In this document: positions 26,101-39,281 of the stretch, one piece after another
Numbering within the stretch: position 1 is the stretch's first letter
Layout of the letters: the number at the start of each line of letters is the position of its first letter
Origin: Raillietiella orientalis
Taxonomy: Eukaryota
NCBI GenBank assembly: GCA_036172245.1
Contig: JAYWIR010000060.1
Span: forward strand, 1 to 64,000
Direction of reading: 5' to 3'
Length of the DNA: 64,000 nt
Notes under the pieces: generated by a model
The model's database searches: none
The model's input: only the letters and a program-made list of their open reading frames with translations
What the model was told of the DNA's origin: nothing
Translations under genes and position numbers: made by a program

Positions 26101-29100
26101 TTCTGTTCTTCCAGGGTGGCTTCAGCTTCGAGAGCTGCTCCCCGAAGTCAAAGGATGCTCTTGATATCTCTCTCCTGGTGAAGCCGGATCCGATTGTCAT
26201 CCCGGGAAATGTGGACTTTAAACTGAAGGGTGACCTGAAAATTGAAATCAACAGCAGCCTCTCGGTGAGCATTCTCTCATCCCAGCAGCATTTCCAGCTC
26301 TAGCTCTAACGAGAGATCCTGAAGCACATCTCTTGTAGCTGCATTCTCTTTCCATGAATGGATGCAGAGTTCAATTCGTTTCTCTGATTTCAGCTTGATG
26401 TCACTGTGGAGGTGAAAATAGAGGACAAATGGGTTACAATTCCCTGCAACTATAACCTGGGAAGCTGTTACTATGATAGTGTCTGCATCTTCTTGTCAGA
26501 GCTCGGTTTTATCGGAGGGTGCCCACTTCATCCCAAACACATTGACAAAACGATTCGGACCCAGGCGCCGGACCTTCCTATCTTCGAAAGTGATTATCAC
26601 GTTCGGTTGGAGCTGAAGAAAAACGGAGAGGAGCTTTTCTGTTACGATTTGCGCTTCACTCTTAAATCCAAATAGAGATCTTTCTGTCCAATAAAGCGCA
26701 TCCACAACGCGTGTTGGCGTGTATCAGGGAATGTGGCGAAGAAAAGATGGGTGATGGCTCTTTCTCGGGTTACGTTCCAAGCGATTTCAGATGGTTCTCT
26801 TTTCTGCATCGAGGATATTTTCCCATTGATGGTGGCAAGAGCGCCTCAGAGCTGCCCTCTGCCCAAATTCCTTCTTTGAATGCTTCAGGGTGTCCGAGAC
26901 CACTCACACATCTACCTGGAAAAGTGGAAGATGGATGGTCAAACCTCCAGCACCGCCACCGGCTCCATGGCGAAAACTCCGCGATCAGCATCCGCACTCC
27001 CTTCTTCCCAGGGTTGTACGGTGCATGTGGACACACGTGGTATACTTTTATATTGGACTGTATACACGCCCTCGGCTAGGAGGCGCCCGAGAGATACACT
27101 GCCCTCGGTTGCTGAATTCCGTGAGCCTCCTCAAGCAATGGCTCACTTTTCTGGTCGACTGAATGCTGCTGAAGAAGAGAGGCGCCTGGTTCTTTTCAGC
27201 CGTGAGGGCACTCGAACGTAATGGGTGGGCATGGATGCGACAGAACGACGCAGCATCCCCATACTTCCCTTCTTGCAATGTCCCTCTCTTACTCGAGTTG
27301 CCAGATTCGCCCCCTCTTCTGGGGCCGTAACAGCGGGCAATGCTTGGACTGCTGCTGTCAGCGTTTTCCGAACTCCACGAATGTTTGATGTTTTCCCAAA
27401 GCATATGGCACTCGCCATCCACCAAGTTTACCACCGCTTCTTATTGCTTGCTGAACGAACCTGGATGCAATCCTTTGTGTCCGCTTCGTCAGCGAAGAGG
27501 GAGCAATGAACCAAAGCAAAAAATAAACAACAAAAAAAAGGGTTCGTGGGTTTTTACAGTAAGGGCGGCGAGATTGGTGAAAGGTTCATAGCTGCCGTTT
27601 GTTCGCAACTTCGCATGCAGGGTTTTGGCAGTTTCGCTTCTGTGGTCGCTTAGGTACGGCCATCTTGCGGAGATCCTTATGAAAATGAAGTACGAAGAGT
27701 TTCGGAAATAAAGCCGAGAGCTGAGAGAAGGATCGCATTTCCTCGGGGAATGGATGTACCGTACACGGATAACGGAAGTATGCGGGGGGTCCGAGGAATG
27801 GTGCACAGCGAGCATTTTCCGCTCAAAGAACAAATTTGGAGACAAAGCAAAGAATGCCTCAGCTTTCACTTCCGCTTTCATTTGACTATGAGGAGCGAAC
27901 CGGGAAATTTCCCAGCAATGATGAAGGGATTCCCCTCCTTCCTCCAACTAGCGGAGCGTCCACGGACTGCGCGGCGACGTCAAGACACGAAAAGGGTAGC
28001 CACCTGTCGCGATGACCTTCGACCTGAAGCTCAGCTATGGCTAAATAACAGCAAACGGTTGCAGCGGATTTGCGGAGAATCCCAGAAGGGCCTTTGGAGG
28101 ACACGCAGGCAGTCAGGGGTGCCACATGCTCTCGCGATCGCTCGCGGTCGACAGGGAACGCGATTTTGATGACATTTTTGCACGTGGTTTCGCCCGGCAG
28201 CCCATGTGCAGTTCCTCAAGCCAGTGGTCCATGTTCGAGGAAGTTTTCGAGGTGATCCTCTTGAGGAGTGGGGGCACACGCGTAAGCGTAAAAGGGTGAA
28301 CGGTTGCACCAGTTAGGATGCCATTCTTTTTCTGTATTTTTCTGGACATTTATTAGAAAATAATAAGGATAATCAATTCGGATTTTCGTTGGAAGAATTG
28401 GTTCTTCCAAGTGCAAAACACAACGAGAGTTCTTTTCCACTTCCCCGGGATTTCATGCGGGTAGGCATGGTATGAAGATAAACGGGAAAAATGGAAGGAA
28501 GAATGTCATCAAAAATGTTTATGGGAGGAAGCGATCCCAGCGTGTTCCACGAAGTCTCTTTTCTCATCCGGAATACGTTGACAAAGTGGCGTTCGAGGAT
28601 TCTTAAGTGGGCACTCACTCCTCTGTGGTGTTTGTGTCTTCCCGTGGCATTCCATGCCCCAACTGTCCCTCGCATGGAACAAGCGGTTGCTAAGCACGTT
28701 CCCGCAATAGGCTTTCCACCTCTTCCTATGGCTGCTGCCAAGTGCCTTCTTCAAGTGGTACATCGCTGCATCTGCTCCGCCCACGCGCTCACCTCAACCT
28801 GCGTAGGAGCGTGCAGTGCTTTCCTCATACAGTTCTCCAAGCTGAGAATGAAAACCATGGAAAATTCAAAACCCTTAAAGTTGCGTATCGTCCCTTAATG
28901 TCACCTACTCCTTTGAGTAGGTGACATCAAACTTGAAGTGTTCTTAAGATTACGCAAACTTTGATTCGAGCGACTCAATTACGAAACATCCATTTTTACA
29001 ATGAAGGATCAACTGATGCTCGCCTTCACGGTACTGTACCTTAAGAAAAGTGTTTCTTTCACTAAGATCCGTACCCTGTTCAGCACAATGAGTGAATTGC

Positions 29101-32100
29101 AGATTAGCAAATATAGCTGTTGGCCCCATACCCCGTTCACGATTCTCCTCTGTGATCTCTTTATTCTCACTCCATCAGAGCAACTTCTCTTTGGTCTAAT
29201 CATCCGAATAACATCGATCGCATTTTCCACTCGAATATGCTCACTAATTTGGCTTGGAAATGAGCTCATTTTACATACGCATCATCTTTCTCATTGCATT
29301 TTCCCTATTTTCTACTCTCGCCAGCCTCAGTTTCCTATTTTTCTAGGCCTTCTGTGGCTTTTGTTTTCTCCCCTCACCTATCTCATCAATGATAACTTTG
29401 AAAATAATAACACAACCGTTCCACTATTGAATCGTTGGCTATTTCTCATACCTATGCACCGTAGGAACCTTAAAAATATCACTGTAATGCATGATTTTCC
29501 TTTCACAACCGCAAACACTGATCCACTAATCTTTTTCGCCCCACCCTGTGGGATTGCAAGAAATAATGCCACAACCACTAGAATGGAATAACCATCCCAT
29601 CCGCTTGCAGTTATCCTTTTTCGTTCAATCATCACATCATTCATGAAGAAATTACGCACGAACCCTCATCTTACCTTTGCATCCATAATTATGAATAAGA
29701 AAAAATTCCATCAATGTCGAGGAACACTGAAGACCCACAATAGTCATTGCCATGACCTCGCCTAGCTAGTGTGGTCAATCATAATTCCAAGCTGGGGTAA
29801 AGGGTTTGTGAGCTCTCTTACAAACACTGACACGGTCCTCATTGACATTTTATATCCATTGCCCCTTATGTTTGCTTCTATCGGAATGGAATACCCAACA
29901 TTTTGACCTCCAATCCCAGTAAAGTCTTTGAAATCTGTCCCTGAGTGGCATGCAGTTACTAAACCTCAATACTCCCACTCAAGACACAACCGTCTTCCTT
30001 ATTCCCACTTTTTCCTAGAGTCCCGAATCTGCGACTGAGAAATGGCGGAATGCTTGTAAAGTGTTTGACGATGCAAAATGATCGGAAGGGTAATATATGT
30101 AGATTTCGTTTGGTTTCTATTTCCGACACCCGAGCACCTTTTTCTGGGCATTACCATGATGCCACTGCTCTTCTTAGTACGGCACCCGGAAACGTTATAT
30201 CTTATCAATCCATCCCTTTGTGTCACCAACATTCTATCCGTTTTCCTTCTATTCTGGTCATGTTCTCATTCCATAATCTTGGCTTTCACACACTTTGTTA
30301 CTTATCCATGCATCGTCATTCCTGTCAGTTTCTTCTCCTTGACATCATCATACCCAGCATTCGTTTTCTCTTTACATCGTAGACGTTTTCGTTTCCTTCT
30401 CTTAGAAAGCATCTTTAAGTTACGGAGAAGAATCCACACTTGATCTCAAACGCTTTCTCTTCATTCCCCTATTGCTCACTCACCCTATTCGTCTCTTCTC
30501 ATCCCTTCCTTACGCTGAAAATCCGACCCTCACGAGCCAGTTTCCTCATGTCCTCATTTTCCTTGCCTGGGCTCAGGACAATATCAGCCATTATGAAGCA
30601 AGAAACTCTATAAACGAAAATAGCCCTTCGTCGTCTTCATCGACAAACCTGAAAATCACAGTCACGCGTGTCAACAAGAAACTCACACCACCTTTTATTT
30701 TCGAAATCTGCCATCCCCCACAGGAATCCCTCTTATTCACCAGCTAAGTACAGTGACCACCATTTCTACACTTTGCAGCCCTGAAATCACAGAAGCTTTA
30801 TCAGCCTCATGCCCAATGCGAAAAACTGTTGACCCTCTCGTGATATGGAGGCTGATCACCGCCTATTTATTCTCATTTGCCATTTGCCTCTGTATCTTGA
30901 GTGTATCGCACTTACCGTTTTTGCAAAAACACCGCAGTTTGAACGTTCCCCTAGTGAGGACATCATTGCAAGGATACGCTGTCCCTTCAGGACAAATGTA
31001 CCTCCGAGCTTGCAGGGTTCTTACCAATCTTTTTTGCTTTATTCTCTATATTGGTGGAACAGCTGTGTATTTCTTACAAAAATGAAATTTCTTTCGCACC
31101 TCCGGCAGTGCCCTCAACCGATTTCTGTTTCTTCATTTCATCCTTCGTCATACCCACAAACGATAAGGACGTGCGCAATGTCTGCGCGGGAGCCTTGCAA
31201 ATTCGGCTTCCTGCGTAGAGCTCTGCTTATTACTGCCAGCCCGGTCGACCTTCTTCTGGATGCATTCATCTTGAGATTCGAGCTTCGTTGTATGCATTCT
31301 TGCGCGGCACTAAGATGTCAGGCAATAAGACGTAACGTATGGCAGTTCATCATGTCCTCTGAATTCAGGGGTGATTACAATCTTATTCACGAGCAGCAGA
31401 GCAATTTCAATTCTTACTTTCAGCATACTTACTGTTTTGCACGCTGATGTTGAGTTCTGAAATTACAATGGTACGTACGGTAAGAGATGCAAGACGTCGA
31501 CCCAGATGTCAGTCTCTGAAGCTGGGACTTCGAAGACTGAGGTCTTCCACGAGACACAGGAAGGATTTGCGTTCCAACGTTTGCTCTGCTGAGGAGTGAT
31601 CAGCGGAATCAGTCTACAGACATTCGCAAGGCATGTTCTTCTTGCTTTCAAGTGCCTCACGAACGAGGCTAAAGAGTTCGGTGGGCACCCGATGCAGCGT
31701 GGCGCAGTTTGAATGGTCGTCCGTTAGGAGTGACCGACAATTCGATCTTGGAATCGACCCATGCGTTGTTCCCGCAAGCCGATGAAGGCTGCCGCTGCTG
31801 TCCTTGATGACCGCGCGCGAGCCGCCGTGGACGGTCGCCCCGACCCTTCTGGGCGCGGAATTCCCCCCAACGGTCGGCTGCTGGCTCATCTTCGTCGCGC
31901 CGTACGAGCCACCACTGTGGTTCCTCCGTGTCTTTGCAGCCGTCTGGCGGCGTCTTTGTCCTCCTTGCCGTTCATTTCAAGTGCTTTCCGCCGTGCTGGT
32001 GCGCTGAGTCTCTGTCGGCAGTTTCACTTTCAGGGAGCGCGCCGGACAGGTTCTTTTGCAAAAAAAACTGAAAAAGGCGATGGCAGGGCGCTCGTTCCTG

Positions 32101-33241
32101 CCACGGCCATCACCTTCGGAAGCTGCGGGGAATCCGGTTCGTAGACCAGAGGGATTTGTTTCGGCAGCAGAGGGGAGAGAGGGTCGACAAAGAGAAAAAT
32201 GAAGAAAAATACATGAAGATATGTATATAGGAAAATACTCCGGATGGATGTTGGAGAGTTCATATTCTGCTGAAAGGCGTCCTCTGTATGCGTGCCCGCA
32301 CACCGGCACGTTGCTCCTGGATAGTTCGCAAACGGGAACATTGGTTTGCGTTCCTGAGAAAATGGACTGCAAACTCGAGGACGTCCCCGTCGTCCCTGAC
32401 TCGTCTGCTGAAGCTTCAGGCCGATGCGATTCCGCGTAGGCAGCAAAGAGCTGCCGGGGACGTGGCCGGCGTGAGGAAAACGCGCATAAAGAGGTGCTTC
32501 CTAAAGTCTTTGGGGTTGCCGCCGGAGGTCCGCAGGGTCAAGTCAAAGCGTCCTCGAAGGGGCCGGAGGGAAGCACAGTTCACAAGTAGTTGCGGGAGCC
32601 ACCCTTGCGCTCCGCACCTGCTATACAGTTCGGGTTCACATTTCCCCCGTGTTCAGTGATGTCGGCCGGCGTTGCAAGAGGGCCCCCAATGCAGCAGCAT
32701 ACCTCTTAATTCCTGCTTCTTAAGTGGATGGATGTGGGGATTTCTCATCACTGGGAGCCTCCCCGACGGTAACGATCGTAAGGCTTCTACTGGGCTTACG
32801 GTGATGGAAATCCTTTCTTTTCTGTCGTCGCAACTCTTCGACACCACGTTAAAAATGTTGTGTGTAATTCTTAAAGTTAGGGTACCCGGGAGGGTTGAAT
32901 CCAGGAAAGGCTTGGAGTCCGTTCCTCTAACGTAGAAGGAAGGTTTCTCGAAAATGGAGATCACCTCCACCTGGAATGTCTCCGAAGGAGAATCTCCATG
33001 AAAGTCTTCGTTATTCTCTCCAAAGGGACCCACGGGGGCATGCGCCTTACTTTTTCTTCTCCGGAGGGGTCCGCCGCAAGGGATTTGCTCCTGTTTACTC
33101 CCCTGAAAAGAACCCCGAGGAAACGCTCCCGAAATTCTGAACGACGCTGCCTACCCGAAGGGATCGGCTCGCTTCTCTGCACTCTCTAGAGAGGTGGTGA
33201 CGGCACTCCTACTTTATCAGTACGACCCGGAGGGTCCTCCC
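20182..33241 (-). repeat. Right arm of the ~13 kb inverted duplication
   Basis: Reverse complement of 4055-17096 with scattered substitutions, small indels and a few divergent patches. Confidence 0.97.
25705..26675 (+). CDS. GM2-activator-like / ML-fold lipid-binding secreted protein, copy B (exons 25705-25815, 26115-26264, 26394-26675; ~180 aa, 6 Cys)
   Basis: Mirror of copy A. Splice sites are AAG|GTAACG, CCAG|GGT, TCG|GTGAGC and TCAG|CTT. Exon 3 reads WVTIPCNYNLGSCYYDSVC. AATAAA at 26690. Confidence 0.88.
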
Positions 33242-33369
33242 GGCATGGTGCGTCCGCTCTCCTCCACATCCGGATGGGATCTCCCCTCCTTGATTCCTGG
33301 AAGGACCCAAAAGTCGACTCCCATTTGTCTCGGTCCTCATCGAACTGAATCGACGGCTGTGTCGATTGA

Positions 33370-33436
33370 GTTCGGAGTATTCGACCCCGTGACGCTTGGT
33401 GACACGCGCGGAGACCACCGTTACCACATGGCCTCC
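33370..33436 (-). repeat. tRNA-derived head, diverged inverted counterpart of 3762-3830
   Basis: Reverse complement reads ggccatgtggtaacggtggtctccgcgcgtgtcaccaagcgtcacggggtcgaatactcc. Confidence 0.45.
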
Positions 33437-34049
33437 GATGCGGGCAGGTCTTTCCGTCGAATTTTAAATTGCTGGTTCGATCGCAAGAGTTCTTTCATTG
33501 GGGCACTCGGGGTCGCAGCGTCTGTGAGCTGGTCCGTGGTCCAGCCACCCAAGTTCTTCCTCCTAGAGTCGATCCCACAGGGAACCTCCCACTTCGCCAT
33601 GATGATCCCTTAGAGGGGGCAGAGCGGCGGCACGGTAGGTTGTTCAGGCCCACGCAATCTTTTTAACGATGTGCGGTCATCTCTTGGAGTGAGCAGCTTG
33701 TTTAGGAGTACAGCAACGCTCAATCGCCGAATTTGCTGCCCCTTCAGGGTGACATATTTTCTTCTCTTTGTGGTAGGGTACTCGTTGTTGGGTCACCGCC
33801 ACGCTCTGCATACTTTCCGCATCATGCATCTGTGGTCTTGTTGACCAAGCAGATGACTCCTCTGACCTCTGATTATTCACCTATGTGTTCTTGGTTCCAC
33901 TTAGCTTTGAGGGACTTCCGCACCGCTCCTTCAGCACGATCAACCAAACCCGGGAAGTGGGCAAGCCGCAGAATCCACACGGAATCTCTAGAAAAGCAAC
34001 TTCAATCCAACAGAACTTCTTGCTACCCTGAGGGACCTATCGCATGCAT

Positions 34050-36560
34050 GTGAGACGGGCTGCGGAACATTAGGAACTCCTACTTGTGTGCTGCTTCCGT
34101 CTCAGAGTCCCCCGCTAAGCACCTCCTTCCATAAAAGACGTGGCTCTTCGGGAAAGAACCGCTAGTCGATGGGTCCGTTTGCCAGACTCAAAGCTCTAGT
34201 AGCGGAAGGGCAACTGGGCGGATAAGCATTAAGCATGAATTTCGGGACCGGGTCACCTGGATCCCTTCGGTGGAGGTCCTTGGGAACAGCGGAAACGAAA
34301 CTGAAAGTAACCGGAGGAAGGACTTCCGCATCCTTGGCTGAGCACTTGAAAGTCCCTCTGGAGTCGATCCTGAGCGGCCTCCAATCTGGCACACTGGCAT
34401 CGTTGCAAGTACCTTCGGGAGTCTGTGTTGCTATCCCAGAAGCTCCTCCGTTTGCCTTCCTCGGATACCTCAAGCGGAATACGCGCCACCTCTATAGTGC
34501 AATCTTTTGTCTTCGCAGTCTTTCTTCTTGCCTTCATCTCCCATGAATGTGTCGATGAAGATCAGCGCTCTTCCTCCACGCATCGCGAACAGGTGGGGTG
34601 GGTTCTTGGATTCTTCCTTGGTTTCATCTTCTTCCTTTGTGCAGCTGACTGGAGGCTCAGAGAGTTCCGTGTAGCCCTTTGGTTTGAGCCCGTTCGTGAT
34701 CCAGGGTGTTCTCTTTAGCGCTGGAGGGCGGTCGAAAGCTACTTTCCCTGCTGCTGCCGGAGTCAAGCTGTGAGCATATTTTTCGCGAACTCTGGCAAGG
34801 CTGCTTGTAGTGCTTCCGCGCTCGGAGTTCTGCTGCAAGTGGTCCCATCCGGATCCAAAAGTCAGGACGGAGATGCTGCAGTCATTCTTTGCCGGTTCCA
34901 GAACGAGGCCAAAGATCCCTCTTACCTTTTCCTTCATTTCGGCATTCCATCCCCTCCGTACCTCCTGATCAGTGACCTGCGTACCGGTGAATCCCTTCCT
35001 CTGAACTTGTTGTTTCCGGGAACTGCGTTCCCAATTTGTTTATTTTCCTGTAAACTCACGCATCGGCGTGATCGGATTGGAAGCTGGCAGCACAGATCTG
35101 AGATGACGTGTCACTAGTCTCGTCCATATGCGTTGGACGGTTCCCGCCTTGGTTACGGAGATCCTGGCCCGCGAAGCGGCTCCACGGATCGCACCCTCCT
35201 GCTCATGAGCTGCTGCTCCCAGAATCTGCTGATTCGAGACATCCTTAAACGCTCGTTTGGGGGACTGACCCCGCGAGATCGTGAAAAAAGGCTGAGCTCA
35301 GTCCTGAGTGCTGCTCATGCGTTAACTGACCACCTCAACTCGTGCTCGTGTGACCTTGTACCGAGACGACCTTTTTTGCCTCCTGTGGTCTACTCGCCTG
35401 GATGGAACGCTTCAAAGGGCCAGAGGGCGAAAAGAAGGTGGGAACACAAGGAGTCGATTTCCCGACCATTACGGAAACTGAGCGCAGCTGGGGTCGGGAA
35501 GAGTCAACCTCCATCCCCTGGAAGCTTCGAGAGAAGATAGTCCGGGTTTGCAGAGATGAGACCTGAGAATCGGAGATCTCCGTGAGCGAGCGTTACGAAA
35601 GCGGCAAGCGTGCACGGGTACTACACACGGTCTTGGCAACTCACCCAGAAGTTTGTGGAAAGGTCACGCCCCCTGGAAAGGCTTCCCAAGTCGATTCTCC
35701 ACACACTCCTCCCATCGGCTCCCATAGGCGAGGCCAAAGATGCGGCCAAGGAAGAAAAAGGCACTCTGGGACGCCGAAAGCAGAGAACGCCAGTGAGGAT
35801 GGAGGAGTTCTTGTGCACCGAACATGGGACGCGGCGGCGTTTCCGGTGTTTGCACATGGCCGCACGGTCGCGGCAATGGAGCGAGTTCCGCGCCTTTCTC
35901 TGCACCCAGGACGTGTCGATAGCTTTCCGGAGGGTTCTTCCGCAAGGTTTTCTGCAGCTGCTGGAGACATGGGCGCGAGCACGAGCGTTGCGTGGTTTAC
36001 GATGGCTTCGCCTGCCGCGCAAACGCGGAGGATTTCACGTGCCGAACTCCTCAAGGTCGGGATTGGCAAGGATCACTGGCACGGATTCCGACGGGACTAT
36101 GCAGCTGAAAGGACAGAGAATATCTGAGGCAGACTGAAAGGGAGCAGCTGGCTTGTGGGAGGTGGGGGTGCCAAGAGATAAAAGCGTACTCGGAGCATTT
36201 CTTAATTGGCGAGAGACGGGCGATGATCCGGAGTGCGAAGCAGACATCGCTGTTCCTACGACGCTAGGGATGCTCTGACTTGCGGGCAAACTGCCCCTCT
36301 TCTGCTTCGGTGGCAGCGAGGACATCGTCCGCAAACCGAGCTCTGCTGCTCAATTGTTCCCCGACAAGGAAAGATAGACGCCTCTGCGTGGAAGAGAAAC
36401 CGTATATCGGCCTCCAAGGCATGGAGCCTTCAAGCTTAAAGGAATCTCGGGCTGCTTTTCCTCTTCTCGAGCTGCGGATTCCTCCGAGGCGGCCGAACCT
36501 CTCATGCTTTCTTGCCAGTTAGATCCTCAGATGATATGCACAACGAGATAGGAGCGAGAT
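34050..36560 (+). mobile_element. Heavily decayed Tx1/L1-like LINE ORF2 relic
   Basis: Ordered remnants: AETKL and SGVCVAI (endonuclease-like), ERYESGKRARV, LRLPRKRGGFHVP (compare LxxPxxxGGLG) and NCP...LLLNCS. Many stops and frameshifts. Confidence 0.45.
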
Positions 36561-36899
36561 CCTAGAACAGAAGCGCTCGCATCCCTTTGACAACGCCGAC
36601 CGCGCGAGGGTTCAGCATTGCCTGGAAGGCCGTCCAGCGTTCGAAGGGTGCAGCAGTCGTGCAAGAGGAGACGCCCCTACAGATACCTTATTGAGGAAAG
36701 TCAAATTGACTGCAGATGAACGAACTCCGCGTGCTCTGGTATGGATGTGAAAGTGGCTCCTAAAGAAGAAATTGCTGGACTCTCCCTTGTTTTCGGAACT
36801 CGAGGTCGAGCAATAGACTCGAAAAAACAAAAGGAAAACCTGCAGTGAAGCCGCTCGTGCTGCAAGATGCGTGGCATCGCAGAAGAGATGCGGTCTCTG

Positions 36900-37740
36900 C
36901 GATGCTATGCGTGACTTTGCGCTGGGGCAACCTTTTTTGCCTCTCGGGGTCCACCCGCTTGAAGAAAGCTTTCCAAAGAACAAAAAGTAGTTGGGAGCGC
37001 AAGGAGTCCACTTTTCAGTTCCCACAGCCTTCACGAAAGGTGCAATGCGCCTCTCAACTCGACCACTGCTGCTCGATGCCCCATTCTCGACCTTGGTCTT
37101 CCTCGTCACCTGTTGCACCGAGGGCACATCCTTCGATCCGAAGGGGTCCACACCCAGCAGACTGCGACATCGGAATGGCGGGATTCCAGGTTCTCCCTGG
37201 GATCAGAGAGAGTGAACAGCGGCAAGTCGGTGATCGTTGTGCAGGAAACATCCGCCTCGCTCCAGTCCTGCTCGGAAGGCGAAAGAGCGTCTGCGAAACA
37301 AAGGGAAGCGCAAAGGGTGAACGGACGGTCCGAAAACCTCTCCCGCCTCACGCATCTCCATCGTTCACGGATTCTCAGGAGACGTTCTGCCTCGGCGTGG
37401 AAGAGGGAATTGGAAAATGGGTAAGTCTGCCTCGATTTCGCGCCATTCCGCCTTCCAGGAGTTAATTCGCTCCGCTCACAGCGCACATTCGAGGCATGCG
37501 GAAATTCGGTGATGAAATTCGATGGCCCAGGTCAAACGGAAGGTCACTCACGGAAACACGAAGGGTGTTGCCTGTGCAAACAGCCACGGTCCACGAAGCG
37601 CCGGAAGCCTCGAGGGAGGTCCGGTCCTGACAAGTGGCGACCCGTACTACCTGCAGTAGAGAGAGGGCGTGGAGCGGCGTTCTCCAGAAGACTCGCGGTG
37701 ATGCACTGGTACCACCAGCCAGGAGCCCACCACTAAGCGT
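36900..37740 (-). mobile_element. Decayed LTR-retrotransposon (gypsy-like) integrase relic
   Basis: Ordered remnants in different frames: WLVVPVHHR, ISACLECA, DLPLFTLSDPRENLES and SSGRVERRI. Confidence 0.5.
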
Positions 37741-37842
37741 ATCAGAGAGAAAATAATTTATTCCTGCACTCCAACGCGGCATTCCTCGATCACGCCTGCG
37801 GCGCTTGGCCGCAGGCGGTCCGTGCGACGGTCCATCATCTCC

Positions 37843-38685
37843 CTACGACAGCATACCCCGCGTTTCCAGCCTGTAGTCGACGTTGTAGCATCCGAATCTC
37901 TTTCCCGAGCTGAATAGCTCCACTTCCATGTGATAGTCACCGGAGGGTATCCACGACCTCCTTGTTATGGACACCTCCTCGTTGTCCATCTCCATCGACA
38001 CCTTGCGGATAGGGCAGGAGCATGGAAGACCGAGTTTTATCAAATCCCAGGAGCAGTTGTTTTCGAACACTGCCTCCCACAACGTGCACATGTCGTCATA
38101 GTGACAGGTGCCGATATTTCCCAGGCAAGGGATTCGTAGCCAAAAGGGTCCCAGCCTGTACGCTAGCAGCAGCTTGGCCTGCGAGACGGGTCGACTCGGT
38201 CCATGTGCCTCCCGATGTACTCACGGAAACCTCTCCCGAGACGTCGCGCCTCAAGCGAACCCTTCCAGAGAAGAGGGTCGATCCCGGCACGGGAATGGGG
38301 TCGGGGGAGATCACGAAATCCTCTACGTAAAGGTCGTCGTCCGGAGATCCGCAGTTCTCGAAGCGGAACTTGCGCGTGGGGTACTCCTTGAACTGGGATG
38401 AGGGGTCAGGACGGAGCCGCCTCCACGTGATCGATGCCAATCGAGCCAAGTGGTGGCGGTCGCCTGGGCGGGTTCGCGCCCAGGCGTGGGAAGGGAAGGG
38501 GAGAGACATCCTACCTCGTGTACCTCCAAGCCGCCGAGGTTCGTGCTGTAGGGGGGGAGGTCCCCGATGAAGCTGCTGTAATTCCACAGGCCGAGGAGTC
38601 GGTCGAGGGCACTGCTGTTGGAGTGCGCCTCTTCTGAAGGGCGGGCGCATGCCAGGATGGTCAAACCGACGATGGCTCGGATCAT
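37843..38685 (-). CDS. GM2A: Ganglioside GM2 activator homolog, copy C (exons 38685-38515, 38392-38225, 38178-37843; ~224 aa; full 8-Cys pattern)
   Basis: Signal peptide MIRAIVGLTILACA; FRFENCG...ISPDPIPVPG; WLRIPCLGNIGTCHYDDMC...C...GLPCSCP...SGDYHMEVELFSSGKRFGCY, closely matching GM2A motifs. Phase-0 GT-AG introns of 122 and 46 bp; CTGAC branch point; AATAAA at 37757-37762. Orthology was not tested. Confidence 0.92.
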
Positions 38686-39239
38686 GCTGGCGTGTTGCAG
38701 CACAGCCGGGAGCGACGCGCGCGAGCGGAGACCGCGGGGTCAGGAAGTGGTGCTGAACGCTCGCGCGGTCACCCGGCCTGTCCGCGAGACGGAGCTTCGT
38801 GGCGGGGCGGGGATTCGTAGACTGGTGCGCGAGACGCCAGAGGCGTAAGGGGGTAACAGGCTCCCTCGCTGCGCAATGGCGGCTGACTTTTGGTCACCCC
38901 ACACCTCCCGGAGCAGCGCAGCTTTCCCCCGAGGTTGTCTTTGGTTCCCCCGCGGCTGAAAGCAGGGCAGTCTGGGAGGGGAAGGGAGAGGGTCGATCGG
39001 CAGGACGGGGCTTCCGGTGGGAGGCAGGCACTTCCTGCCCGCAGGCACGTGCGTACATTCCCTCTCAAATTCCCTTTGCTCCGACGGCGCAGCCGTTCCG
39101 AGGAGTCGGTGAATCCGCCAGCTGCTGCGACCGTGGCCAATGGAACGAGAAGAATTGGAATTCGGTAGCTCCAGACATGCCCGACAGGGCATTGCCCATC
39201 CCGACCTCCAAGGCCGAAGGTTTCCTTCCCTTCACCGTT

Positions 39240-39281
39240 TTCTTCTCTCTCTCTCTCTCTCCTCCCCCTTCCCCTCTCTCT
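39240..39281. repeat. (CT)n / pyrimidine tract
   Basis: ttcttctctctctctctctctcctcccccttcccctctctct, about 550 bp upstream of copy C. Confidence 0.75.
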
